Source: Verrucomicrobiota bacterium
Lineage (GTDB): Bacteria > Verrucomicrobiota > Verrucomicrobiia > Limisphaerales > CANJXF01
Length of the DNA stretch: 27,310 bases
NCBI GenBank assembly: GCA_038214755.1
Contig: JBBQRQ010000067.1
Location: forward strand, 1 to 27,310
Direction of reading: 5' to 3'
Under the pieces are notes generated by a model. That model was not told the DNA's origin and ran no database searches. It was given only the letters and a program-made list of their open reading frames with translations. A program made the position numbers and the translations under genes. The number at the start of each line of letters is the position of its first letter. The stretch's first letter is position 1. Shown one piece after another: positions 9,520-17,726 of this stretch.

Positions 9520-9791
9520 TCAATCCTGAAAGAATTGGCATCACTCAGCCCAGCGTTGCGAGGAACGAGCTACGCTGGGAACGGCAAAGAAATGTTCATC
9601 AACTCGGAACGAGTTGGATCAAAATCAAAAAAACAATCGCAAATAGACGGTTCATCGAATGGGATTTCGGAGACGGCGGGGGAGGGTTTGATTCAACCTT
9701 TTCAAGGTTGGTGAATCGTTTGTAACGATGACCCAGCGTAGCTCGTGCCTCGCAACGCTGGGCTGATTGATTTCAATCCCGTTGGGATTGA
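9520..9791. repeat. Large REP/REPIN- or MITE-like inverted-repeat element
   Basis: 61-bp arms 9520-9580 and 9731-9791 match at 51/61 as reverse complements; inner hairpins at 9600-9616 and 9694-9710. Confidence 0.85.
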
Positions 9792-9902
9792 TAGTCGCCG
9801 ACGAATTGCGGGGCATGGCAAGGGTTTTAGCCCGGTGAGAAAATCGTATTAAAATATATTCAGCCGTTTTAACGGCTTCGGCCCGGTTGAAACGGAAAGG
9901 AG

Positions 9903-10556
9903 ATGAAAAGCGAAATGAATCTTTCCTCACCACCGGCGAAATTCTTCCCTGTGTCGCGCACTTTTTATGAACCCTCCGCCCGAGTTGTCGCGCCGCGTTT
10001 GCTCGGGCACTGGTTGATCCGGAAAACGGCGGATGGACCTTGCGGAGGAACTATCGTCGAGACGGAAGCTTACTTGATCAACGATCCCGCCTGCCACGCC
10101 GCAGTCGGGGAAACATCGCGCAATCGCGCCATGTTTGGAGTGCCAGGGCGGAGCTATGTTTATTTAATTTACGGCTATCATTTTTGTTTCAACGCGGTTT
10201 GTCGCCCCGAGAAAATTGCCGAAGCGGTCTTGATTCGCGCCCTCGAACCCGCGTTTGGAGAAAAATTTATGCGCGCGCAACGGCCCGTGGCCGAACCACG
10301 CAATCTTACCAATGGCCCCGCCAAACTTTGTTCCGCGATGAACATCACCCGCGCTCTGGATGGAGTCGATTTGTGCGACGCAGAATCTTCCTTGTTCATT
10401 GCAAAAAATCCGATGAGCCGGAGGTTTGTCGAGCAACGCGGGCCGATCATAGCAACGACGCGCATTGGCATTTCCAAAGCGGCGGATTTGCCTTTGCGAT
10501 TTTATCTGGAGGGAAGCCCATTCGTTTCGCGCCATGCTCCACGAATTAAATGTTAG
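9903..10556 (+). CDS. mpg: DNA-3-methyladenine glycosylase (MPG/AAG family)
   Basis: IVETEAY...DPACH, YVYLIYG.H.CFN, AVLIRALEP, GPAKLC and TRIGI motifs. Confidence 0.93.
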   Translation: MKSEMNLSSPPAKFFPVSRTFYEPSARVVAPRLLGHWLIRKTADGPCGGTIVETEAYLINDPACHAAVGETSRNRAMFGVPGRSYVYLIYGYHFCFNAVCRPEKIAEAVLIRALEPAFGEKFMRAQRPVAEPRNLTNGPAKLCSAMNITRALDGVDLCDAESSLFIAKNPMSRRFVEQRGPIIATTRIGISKAADLPLRFYLEGSPFVSRHAPRIKC

Positions 10557-11575
10557 TGCGGAACGCGGCTGTGTCGAAGGCCAGCCGCAGGATTTTCATC
10601 AGGCGGCTGGTCGAGGATGACACAGCCGCGCTCCGCAAAAGATTTGTCGGTAATCCATTTCGCCGTCCGCGTCATCAGCGGAATTGACATCAGGATGCTG
10701 ATATGGCCGTGTCGCAAACGCCAGATTTCCGGTTGGCCCCACGCCTGCCAAAATTCTTCGATGGCATCTTTGGCGGCAAACAAATCGTCCTCCGCTTCCT
10801 GAATCAAAATGCTTTCAGTTGCGATCAGCGGCCGATGCGAAACCAGATTCAGTTTCGCCAACGAGAGTCCGGAGTTCGCAAAGCTCTTGCGAATCGGCGC
10901 GCAAAAGACCAGTTCAGCGATGGCCCGTTCGAGTTTGGCCAGCGGTATGGTGAGGACGGCGAAATCGATTTGCGGTTCGTGACAAATAATCAATCCCCCG
11001 AGCCACGCTCCGAGCGACGTTCCCCACAAACCGATTCGACCGCAGCCCTGCCCGCTCAACCATTTTACCAAAGCGCGGGTGTCGGCGATGGATTGGCGTG
11101 TCGCTTCAACCATCCGAAACAAATCTTCAGAAATAAAATCCGTGACTGCGCCGGGGGCGCGCGGGCGGCGTTGCAAGTGATAAGGCAGTTCGAGGGCGAG
11201 GGCGTTCACCTTTTTTCGACGCAACAACGCCGCACAAAAAGGAAGCCGGAATCGATAACCCAATTCGTCGTTCCAACCGTGCAAGAGGATGACCGTGGGA
11301 AATTGTTGCCAGTTCTCCGCGCAACAAAATAATTTTCCCCGGACCAAATTATTATTCTCCCACGGTGTAGAAAGCGCCGAACGAAACTGAAACGCATTGC
11401 CACCAGTAAAAACCAAATCGGAGGGGCCTTTGACAAAGGCACAAAAAAAATCGTCGCCTTCCAGCAACGCCCCGGCCTCTTCCGCGTGCGGCTGATGCCG
11501 TGCGTTGCAAGACATGGCTGCCGCCGCCAGCCGAATAATCAGCCGGTCCAACGGGCGCGTGAACCACGGATGCAT
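10553..11575 (-). CDS. Alpha/beta hydrolase (ABHD18/DUF2048-like)
   Basis: ILLHGW, LPYH..RRP, GTSLG nucleophile, D.F and GH triad motifs. Start set at ATG 11575. The last ~28 aa are encoded by a palindrome. Confidence 0.8.
   Translation of the reverse strand: MHPWFTRPLDRLIIRLAAAAMSCNARHQPHAEEAGALLEGDDFFCAFVKGPSDLVFTGGNAFQFRSALSTPWENNNLVRGKLFCCAENWQQFPTVILLHGWNDELGYRFRLPFCAALLRRKKVNALALELPYHLQRRPRAPGAVTDFISEDLFRMVEATRQSIADTRALVKWLSGQGCGRIGLWGTSLGAWLGGLIICHEPQIDFAVLTIPLAKLERAIAELVFCAPIRKSFANSGLSLAKLNLVSHRPLIATESILIQEAEDDLFAAKDAIEEFWQAWGQPEIWRLRHGHISILMSIPLMTRTAKWITDKSFAERGCVILDQPPDENPAAGLRHSRVPH
10557..10637. repeat. REP-like palindrome (GGA.CGCGG...CCGCGCTCC type)
   Basis: TGCGGAACGCGGCTGTGTC (10557-10575) pairs with GACACAGCCGCGCTCCGCA (10619-10637); inner pair CCAGCCGC/GCGGCTGG. 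Confidence 0.85.
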
Positions 11576-11635
11576 GGGCGAAATATTAACACAAAAGCTC
11601 TTTCCGAAATGGGTTTTGAAAAATAAATTCAAACC

Positions 11636-12364
11636 ATGCAACAGAATATTTTTCGCGGGCCGTTTGGCACAGCAGCGCTCGTTCTTTTAGCCGCGGCGGG
11701 TTGTGTTTCAGAATCGCGCGAAGTGCCGCCGCATCATTCCACCGACAAGCCGCGAGAGGAAATCCCCACCCCCGAGCCGCCCGCCGGATTGGTTGAGCGA
11801 GTTCTTCCCCATGAAATGGCTTTGTTCAACGGGAAAGATTTGCACGGCTGGCGGGAAACTGACTTCGGCGCTCACGGCGAAATTTCCGTCACAAACGGTG
11901 AAGTAAAAATTAAGATGGGCGGCGAGTTGACCGGAATCAACTGGACGAACGCTGCTGTGCTGCCCAAAACAAATTACGAAATCGAACTCGACGCGATGAA
12001 GTTGGAGGGCAACGACTTTTTTTGCGGACTTACTTTTCCCGTTGGAAAATCTTTTTGCAGTTTGATCGTCGGTGGCTGGGGCGGCGGCATCGTTGGAATC
12101 TCCAGCATCAACGGCGCGGACGCTTCCGAGAATGACACAACGCGGAATTTATTTTTCGAACGCAACCGCTGGTATCACCTCCGCGTTCGAGTCACTCCCC
12201 AAAAAATCATGGCGTGGATCGATCAGGACAACGTGGTGGACGTGGAAATCGAAGGGAGAAAAGTTGCGATGCGCGGCGGCGATATCGAGCTGTCTGTTCC
12301 GCTGGGAATTGCGACGTGGCAAACTTCCGCTGCTTTCAAAAATATCAAACTAAAAAGTTTTTAG
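11636..12364 (+). CDS. DUF1080 (3-keto-disaccharide hydrolase family) lipoprotein
   Basis: Lipobox-like AAAGC; LFNGKDL.GW, NYEIELDA, DFFCGLTFPV and FKNIKLK motifs. Confidence 0.85.
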   Translation: MQQNIFRGPFGTAALVLLAAAGCVSESREVPPHHSTDKPREEIPTPEPPAGLVERVLPHEMALFNGKDLHGWRETDFGAHGEISVTNGEVKIKMGGELTGINWTNAAVLPKTNYEIELDAMKLEGNDFFCGLTFPVGKSFCSLIVGGWGGGIVGISSINGADASENDTTRNLFFERNRWYHLRVRVTPQKIMAWIDQDNVVDVEIEGRKVAMRGGDIELSVPLGIATWQTSAAFKNIKLKSF

Positions 12365-12385
12365 CCGGCGCCGCAGGCGGAAAAT

Positions 12386-12856
12386 TTATTCCTTCACCTG
12401 CAGCGTCGAGATCACCTGCGTCACTCCATCGACGGCCAGCGCAAGATTCATCGCTTTTTGGATCGCCTCCGCAGACGAAACCGTCCCTGACAACGTGACC
12501 ACTCCATCGGTGGTGTTCACCGAAATTTTAAACGCAGACAAATCCGATTCCAAAGTCATCCGTGTTTTAATCGCGGTGGTGATCCGTGCATCAGCCGTGG
12601 CATCAGAGATTGCGGTCCCGGCTTGTGCGGCTTTATTACGAATGACTTTTCCAGTGCGCTTCAATTCATCGCGAATCTGGTCGGTGTCGATGTCGCTGAC
12701 TGTGTCCTTCACTTTCGTTTTGATTTCGCCCGCCTTTTCGGAGACGCGGTCTTCCGTCCGTTCCAGCTTCGGATGATCAGACGGCGGCGCTTTAAGAAAA
12801 ATATACGCGCCAATCCCAATTGCCGCGCCAATGAGCAGAGCTAAAAATATTTTCAT
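12386..12856 (-). CDS. BON-domain protein (OsmY-like)
   Basis: N-terminal TM segment; DARITTAIK...ISVNTTDGVVTLSGTV...VDGVTQV. Confidence 0.9.
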   Translation of the reverse strand: MKIFLALLIGAAIGIGAYIFLKAPPSDHPKLERTEDRVSEKAGEIKTKVKDTVSDIDTDQIRDELKRTGKVIRNKAAQAGTAISDATADARITTAIKTRMTLESDLSAFKISVNTTDGVVTLSGTVSSAEAIQKAMNLALAVDGVTQVISTLQVKE

Positions 12857-13017
12857 GAGGCGAATATAATAATGGAAAGGCAACTTGCAATCCTCCTGAT
12901 TTGAAGGTCACCCCGAAAAGACCTCTCGCCGGGTTAGCATCCGCCTCCGCCGGGTGCGTTTGTAAAAATTCATTCGCACCCGCCAGAGGCAGATGCTACC
13001 CGTTACAAACTGGAGCC

Positions 13018-13596
13018 ATGTTAATTTACGAAATCGAATCCCTCGTCGAACGGCTTGACGTCGCAAAACTTTTTCCGCAACAGCAATCCGTGGAAGTTGA
13101 ACTGGGCGCGGGCGATGGATCGTTTCTTGCCAGGTATGCGTTGGAAAATCCTCAGCGCAATTTTATCGGTGTGGAACGGTTGCTCGGACGCTTGCGAAAA
13201 ATTGACAAAAAAGGTTCACGCGCGGGGCTGACGAATCTGCGGTTGGTCCGCATCGAGGCATCCTATTTTTTGGAATTTCTTTTGCCGGAAAAATCTGTTG
13301 TCGCGCTGCACGTTTATTTTCCCGATCCTTGGCCGAAGCGGAAGCACCGCAAAAATCGCCTGGTCAACGAGCGATTCGTTGAGTTGGCGAAACGAGTTTT
13401 GCTGCCGGGCGGGATGGTTTATTTGCGGACGGATGACCCGGATTATTTTTCGCAAATGAAGAGAGTGTTTGATGCGAACTTTTCATTCGAGAAAATGGAA
13501 ACACCGTCGGAGATTTCCGCATCTGTGACAGACTTTGAGCGGACTTTTAATCTTCGCGGCGTGCCGACTTTGGCTGGGGCCTATCGTTTGAAATAA
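13018..13596 (+). CDS. trmB: tRNA (guanine-N7)-methyltransferase
   Basis: VELGAGDG, NFIGVE, YFPDPWPKRKH and LRTD motifs. Start at ATG 13018. Confidence 0.93.
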   Translation: MLIYEIESLVERLDVAKLFPQQQSVEVELGAGDGSFLARYALENPQRNFIGVERLLGRLRKIDKKGSRAGLTNLRLVRIEASYFLEFLLPEKSVVALHVYFPDPWPKRKHRKNRLVNERFVELAKRVLLPGGMVYLRTDDPDYFSQMKRVFDANFSFEKMETPSEISASVTDFERTFNLRGVPTLAGAYRLK

Positions 13597-13616
13597 TTTT
13601 TTCGGAGAGGAAAACC

Positions 13617-13647
13617 CCTTGGAGAGAGCCAACTGGCTTCCAAGAGG
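13617..13647. terminator. Possible hairpin/terminator between convergent trmB and glucosidase
   Basis: Imperfect stem CTTGGA..AGCC-aact-GGCT-TCCAAG; no clear U-tract. Confidence 0.35.
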
Positions 13648-13667
13648 AGCAGTGCTACCCGGCGAGA

Positions 13668-16391
13668 TTACGCCGGCTTTTTCTCGCGCTTGCGGTGTTG
13701 CAGAAGGATGGCGATCAATCCGCTCCAGCCGGTTTGATGCGATGCGCCAATTCCCCGACCGTCATCGCCGTGAAAATATTCGTGAAACAAAACGCAGTCG
13801 CGGAAATGCGGATCGCCCGCGAGTTTGGGGTGATACTTCAGCACCGGCCGTTCCCCATCGGCGTTTTTCAAAAACAATCGCGTGAGACGGCGCGCCAATT
13901 CGTCGGCCACTTCCAGGATCGTGATGAACTGTCCCGAGCCAGTGGGGCATTCGATTTTAAAATCGTCGCCGTAGTAATGATGAAATTTTTCCAGAGATTC
14001 GATCACGAGAAAATTGACGGGCATCCACACCGGGCCGCGCCAATTGGAGTTGCCGCCAAAAATTTCTCCGCGTGATTCCGCCGGCCAATAATTTACCTCG
14101 TGGACCGTGCCGCCAAAATCGAGTCGATACGGATTCGCTTCGTAAACTTTGGATAAAGCGCGGACTCCATAGTCGGAAAGAAATTCGGTTTCGTCCAACA
14201 TGCGGCGCAGGAGGCATTTCATCCGATGGCCGCGCAGAATGGAAAGGAGGCTGCGCTGGCCCGCGCCATGTTCCTCCCAATGCGAAACCAGTTTGGCGAG
14301 GTCAGGCCGGTAATTTAAATACCAGTCCATGCGCGCTTTGAAGTCCGGCAATTGCCGCAACAACTCCGGCTCCAATGTTTCCACCGCGAAGAGTGGGATC
14401 AACCCAACCATCGAGCGCAGTCGTATCGTGAGACTGCTTCCGTCCGCGCGGTTGAGGGCGTCGTAATAAAATTCATCCGTCTCATCCCACAAGCCGTCTT
14501 CAAATCCATTGATGGCGGCGGAAATGTTCATGAAGTGTTCAAAAAATTTCGTAGCGATGTCTTCATAGACTTTGTTGTGCACCGCCAGTTCCAGCGCGAT
14601 GCGCATGAGGTTCAGGCAATACATCGCCATCCAACTCGTGCCGTCGGCTTGATTGATAAATTCTCCGTCCGGCAATTTTACGTTGCGATCGAACACACCG
14701 ATGTTGTCGAGTCCGAGAAATCCGCCTTGAAAAATATTTCGGCCCTGCGCGTCTTTGCGATTCACCCACCAGGTGAAGTTCAACATCAGCTTGTGAAAAA
14801 CCCGCTCCAGAAACGCGAGATCGCCGTGGTCGCCGGGATTATTTTTGCGGCGATGTTTTCGATCAATTTGAAAAACGCGCCACACAGCCCAGGCATGCAC
14901 CGGAGGATTCACATCATCGAACGCCCACTCGTAGGCGGGCAATTGTCCGTTCGGATGCATGAACCATTCGCGCGTGAGCAGGACGAGTTGGCGTTTGGCA
15001 AATTCGGAATCGATCTGCGCCAGCGCCAGACAATGGAAGGCGAGATCCCAAGCGGCGTACCACGGATATTCCCATTTGTCCGGCATGGAAATAATGTTGG
15101 CGTTATCGAGATGAGTCCAATCGTGGTTGCGCCTGTCCTTGCGTTCCCGTGGCGGCGGAGGTTGCGCGGGGTCGCCGTGAAGCCATTGCCGCACGTCGTA
15201 GTAATAAAATTGTTTGCTCCAGATCATTCCCGCGAAAGCCTGGCGCTGCACCATCCGCGAATCCGAATCGGTCACATTTTTTTGCAGCATCGCATAAAAT
15301 TCATCGGCCTCATTTTTGCGTTGCTCGAAAATGGAATCGAAGTCGGCGAACGGCTGGGAATTTTTCCCATTGCCGAGACGGAGTCGGATCGTGACGGAAC
15401 TTTGCGCGGGCACGGAGTGTTCGGAATGGGCGACGAACTTCGTGCCGGTGCGCATGGGGTTCACCGCATCGTGATTGCCCGCGACGACATATTCATGGAA
15501 GGCGTCTTTGAAATAACCCGGCGCATTTTTCTGCCCGAAAAGACGGCGGACATTGGTCTCGTTGTCGCAAAAAAGTAAATTGGGTTTGCCCTCGAAATAG
15601 AGCGAGTAACTTCCGAGGTCAGGATGTTTTCCTTCGATGGAATTTTCTCCAGACACGTTGAACTGCGGAGGGGTCGCGTCTTTTTTCCACGACCAGGTGT
15701 TGCGAAACCAGAGTTGCGGCAGCAGATGAATTTTCGCCTCGTCCGGCCCGCGATTGTGAACGGTGACTTGCGCCAAAATATCTTCCGGGCCGGCCTTGGC
15801 GTATTCGACGAAGACATCGAAATAACGGTCGTCATCGAAGAGGCCGGTGTCGAGGAGTTCGAACTCCATTTCGTTTTTTCCGCGGCGATGATTTTCGGCA
15901 ACGAGTTGCGCGTAGGGAAATTCCCGCTGGGGATATTTGTAAAGCATCTTGAGGTAGGACTGCGTCGGAGTGGCGTCGAGGTAATAATAAAGTTCCTTCA
16001 CGTCCTCGCCGTGATTGCCTTCCGCATTGGTCAAACCAAAAAGACGTTCTTTTAAAATCGGATCGTGGCCATTCCACAACGCCAGACTGAAACAAAGACG
16101 CTGGCGGTTGTCGCTCAACCCGGCGATGCCATCCTCACCCCAGCGATAAGCGCGGCTGCGCGCATGGTCGTGCGGAAAATATTCCCAGGCCGTGCCGTTG
16201 GGCGAATAATCTTCACGCACCGTGCCCCATTGCCGCTCGGAAAGGTACGGGCCCCACAAATGCCATCGTTTTTTTCCGGCGTGATTTTCGGCCAGGCGTT
16301 GTGACTCGGCGGTTCCGCCATGATGACTCGACGAGAGTTTCGCTCCATCGTCGGGAGCCGCCTCGAGATGACCTTGAACTTTAAACTTCAA
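13668..16391 (-). CDS. MGH1-like / GH63-family glucosidase
   Basis: WGPYLSERQWGTVREDYS, SMPDKWEYPWYAAWDLAFH, GGNSNWRGPVW and EYFHGD.GRG.GASHQTGW motifs. Start codon uncertain. Confidence 0.9.
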   Translation of the reverse strand: MKFKVQGHLEAAPDDGAKLSSSHHGGTAESQRLAENHAGKKRWHLWGPYLSERQWGTVREDYSPNGTAWEYFPHDHARSRAYRWGEDGIAGLSDNRQRLCFSLALWNGHDPILKERLFGLTNAEGNHGEDVKELYYYLDATPTQSYLKMLYKYPQREFPYAQLVAENHRRGKNEMEFELLDTGLFDDDRYFDVFVEYAKAGPEDILAQVTVHNRGPDEAKIHLLPQLWFRNTWSWKKDATPPQFNVSGENSIEGKHPDLGSYSLYFEGKPNLLFCDNETNVRRLFGQKNAPGYFKDAFHEYVVAGNHDAVNPMRTGTKFVAHSEHSVPAQSSVTIRLRLGNGKNSQPFADFDSIFEQRKNEADEFYAMLQKNVTDSDSRMVQRQAFAGMIWSKQFYYYDVRQWLHGDPAQPPPPRERKDRRNHDWTHLDNANIISMPDKWEYPWYAAWDLAFHCLALAQIDSEFAKRQLVLLTREWFMHPNGQLPAYEWAFDDVNPPVHAWAVWRVFQIDRKHRRKNNPGDHGDLAFLERVFHKLMLNFTWWVNRKDAQGRNIFQGGFLGLDNIGVFDRNVKLPDGEFINQADGTSWMAMYCLNLMRIALELAVHNKVYEDIATKFFEHFMNISAAINGFEDGLWDETDEFYYDALNRADGSSLTIRLRSMVGLIPLFAVETLEPELLRQLPDFKARMDWYLNYRPDLAKLVSHWEEHGAGQRSLLSILRGHRMKCLLRRMLDETEFLSDYGVRALSKVYEANPYRLDFGGTVHEVNYWPAESRGEIFGGNSNWRGPVWMPVNFLVIESLEKFHHYYGDDFKIECPTGSGQFITILEVADELARRLTRLFLKNADGERPVLKYHPKLAGDPHFRDCVLFHEYFHGDDGRGIGASHQTGWSGLIAILLQHRKREKKPA

Positions 16392-16402
16392 ACCTTGAAC
16401 TT
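16372..16402. repeat. Short heptamer tandem array
   Basis: CCTTGAA CTTTAAA CTTCAAA CCTTGAA CTT at the SDR/glucosidase junction. Confidence 0.6.
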
Positions 16403-16412
16403 TTTTTTAGAT

Positions 16413-17336
16413 TCAACCGCCTGTTTCAAAACCCGGATAAAGCGTCATCCCGCCATCCACGTAAATCGTCGCGCCATGCACATAATCGGAATCATCACTG
16501 GCCAGCCAAACCACGGCGCGCCCAATATCTTCCGGTTCGCCAATGCGTTTGTAAGGCACAAGTCTCATCAAGGCGCGATACGCTTCCGGCGTGCTCCATG
16601 CCTCCATGTTGATCGGAGTGCGGATCGCTCCCGGCGCCACCGCGTTGACGCGGATGCGGAAGGGCGCGACTTCCTGTGCGATGCTTTTCATCATCATTTG
16701 GATGCCGCCTTTGCTGGTCGCGTAATTGACATGGCCCGCCCACGGAATGACATCATGCACTGAACTCATGCAAATGATTTTTCCCGCCGCACAGGAAATT
16801 TCCTGCTGCACCCCGCGCCGTTTGAATTCGCGAATGGCCTCGCGCGCACAAAGAAATTGCCCGGTTAGATTCACATCAATGACCTTCTGCCACTGCGCCA
16901 GGGTCATCTGATCAATCGGCGCGTCTTGTTGAATGCCGGCGTTATTGACGAGAATGTCGATGGTTCCAAATTCGTCGCGCATCCTGCGAAACATGGTTTG
17001 CACTTCGTCCTCTTTCGTCACATCGCATTGGTGGGCGAACGCGCGCGTGCCGTGGCTGACTATTTCCTGAACGATTTCATCGGCGGCTTCGGGATGAGTC
17101 ACGTAATTGACGACGACATCCGCTCCCGCGTGGGCCAGCGCGAGAGCGACGCCCTGGCCGATTCCAGAATTGGCTCCGGTGACCAGCGCCTTCTGACCTT
17201 GCAACACTTTCTGGATCGGTTTGCTGGGCATGACCGGTTTGGGCAAATCATGCGTGCGAAAGTAATTCTCCATCACCGGATCAGCCGGGAGCGGTTCGGT
17301 GAATCGATTGATCGGAGGGTTGGATTCTTCTTCCAT
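16413..17336 (-). CDS. SDR oxidoreductase, glucose 1-dehydrogenase-like
   Basis: TGANSGIG, NNAG, SSVH..IPW, YATSK and PGAIRTPIN motifs. Confidence 0.9.
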   Translation of the reverse strand: MEEESNPPINRFTEPLPADPVMENYFRTHDLPKPVMPSKPIQKVLQGQKALVTGANSGIGQGVALALAHAGADVVVNYVTHPEAADEIVQEIVSHGTRAFAHQCDVTKEDEVQTMFRRMRDEFGTIDILVNNAGIQQDAPIDQMTLAQWQKVIDVNLTGQFLCAREAIREFKRRGVQQEISCAAGKIICMSSVHDVIPWAGHVNYATSKGGIQMMMKSIAQEVAPFRIRVNAVAPGAIRTPINMEAWSTPEAYRALMRLVPYKRIGEPEDIGRAVVWLASDDSDYVHGATIYVDGGMTLYPGFETGG

Positions 17337-17423
17337 GTTCAGTTTGGTTGGCAGCTTCCTGGCTGAGTGAATCAGGGTTGTCGATTATCTGGAGCGGTTC
17401 TCAAAATAAATTTCCGAATAGAA

Positions 17424-17491
17424 CGGAGCGCGGAGCATTGCTCCGCTCGAAAATACATGGATCAATGCACAGAGCAATGCTCTGCGCTCCG
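17424..17491. repeat. REP-like palindrome (GGAGCGC...GCGCTCC type)
   Basis: CGGAGCGCGGAGCATTGCTC pairs with GAGCAATGCTCTGCGCTCCG. Confidence 0.85.
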
Positions 17492-17536
17492 ATCTGATAC
17501 CGACACCTTTCGGAAATTTACTTTGGCGACCGCTAT

Positions 17537-17592
17537 AATTCCGTATTCCGAAATCCGAAAGCCGAAAGAAATCTGAAGCTCGAACGCCAAAG
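17537..17592. repeat. Single arm of the CCGAAA-type heptamer array
   Basis: TTCCGTA TTCCGAA ATCCGAA AGCCGAAAGAAATCTGAAGCTCGAA shares the GCCGAAAGAAATC(C/T)GAA core with 8367-8541. Confidence 0.7.
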
Positions 17593-17726
17593 TGTCGGGA
17601 ACTGCCGGGGCGCAAAGCACTTTTCTCGGCGCGCTGGCGAACTAGTTGCGCCTTGTTCAACGTCGCACCAATGGATCACGTTCTCCTCTGCAATCGAATG
17701 TCGGCAGCACTTGGCGGAGTCGTCAC

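Noticed and set aside
8367..9791. CRISPR array or structured ncRNA in the repeat-rich intergenic regions
   Set aside because: No identical direct repeats with unique spacers, no cas genes and no recognisable RNA family motif. The repeats are inverted or heptameric.
9461..9896. Second repeat family (AGCCGTT-TT-AACGGCT at 9862-9877 and 9461-9485) interrupted by the 9520-9791 element
   Set aside because: The fragments are too short and degenerate to show nesting without other genomic copies.
8323..9933. Small ORFs 8323..8718, 8364..8558 and 9652..9933
   Set aside because: They are translations of the repeat elements with no independent coding evidence.
3512..12364. ThuA-like and DUF1080 genes as a 3-keto-glycoside pathway cluster
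   Set aside because: They are 7 kb apart, separated by unrelated genes, with no Gfo/Idh/MocA partner. Both families are commonly multi-copy.
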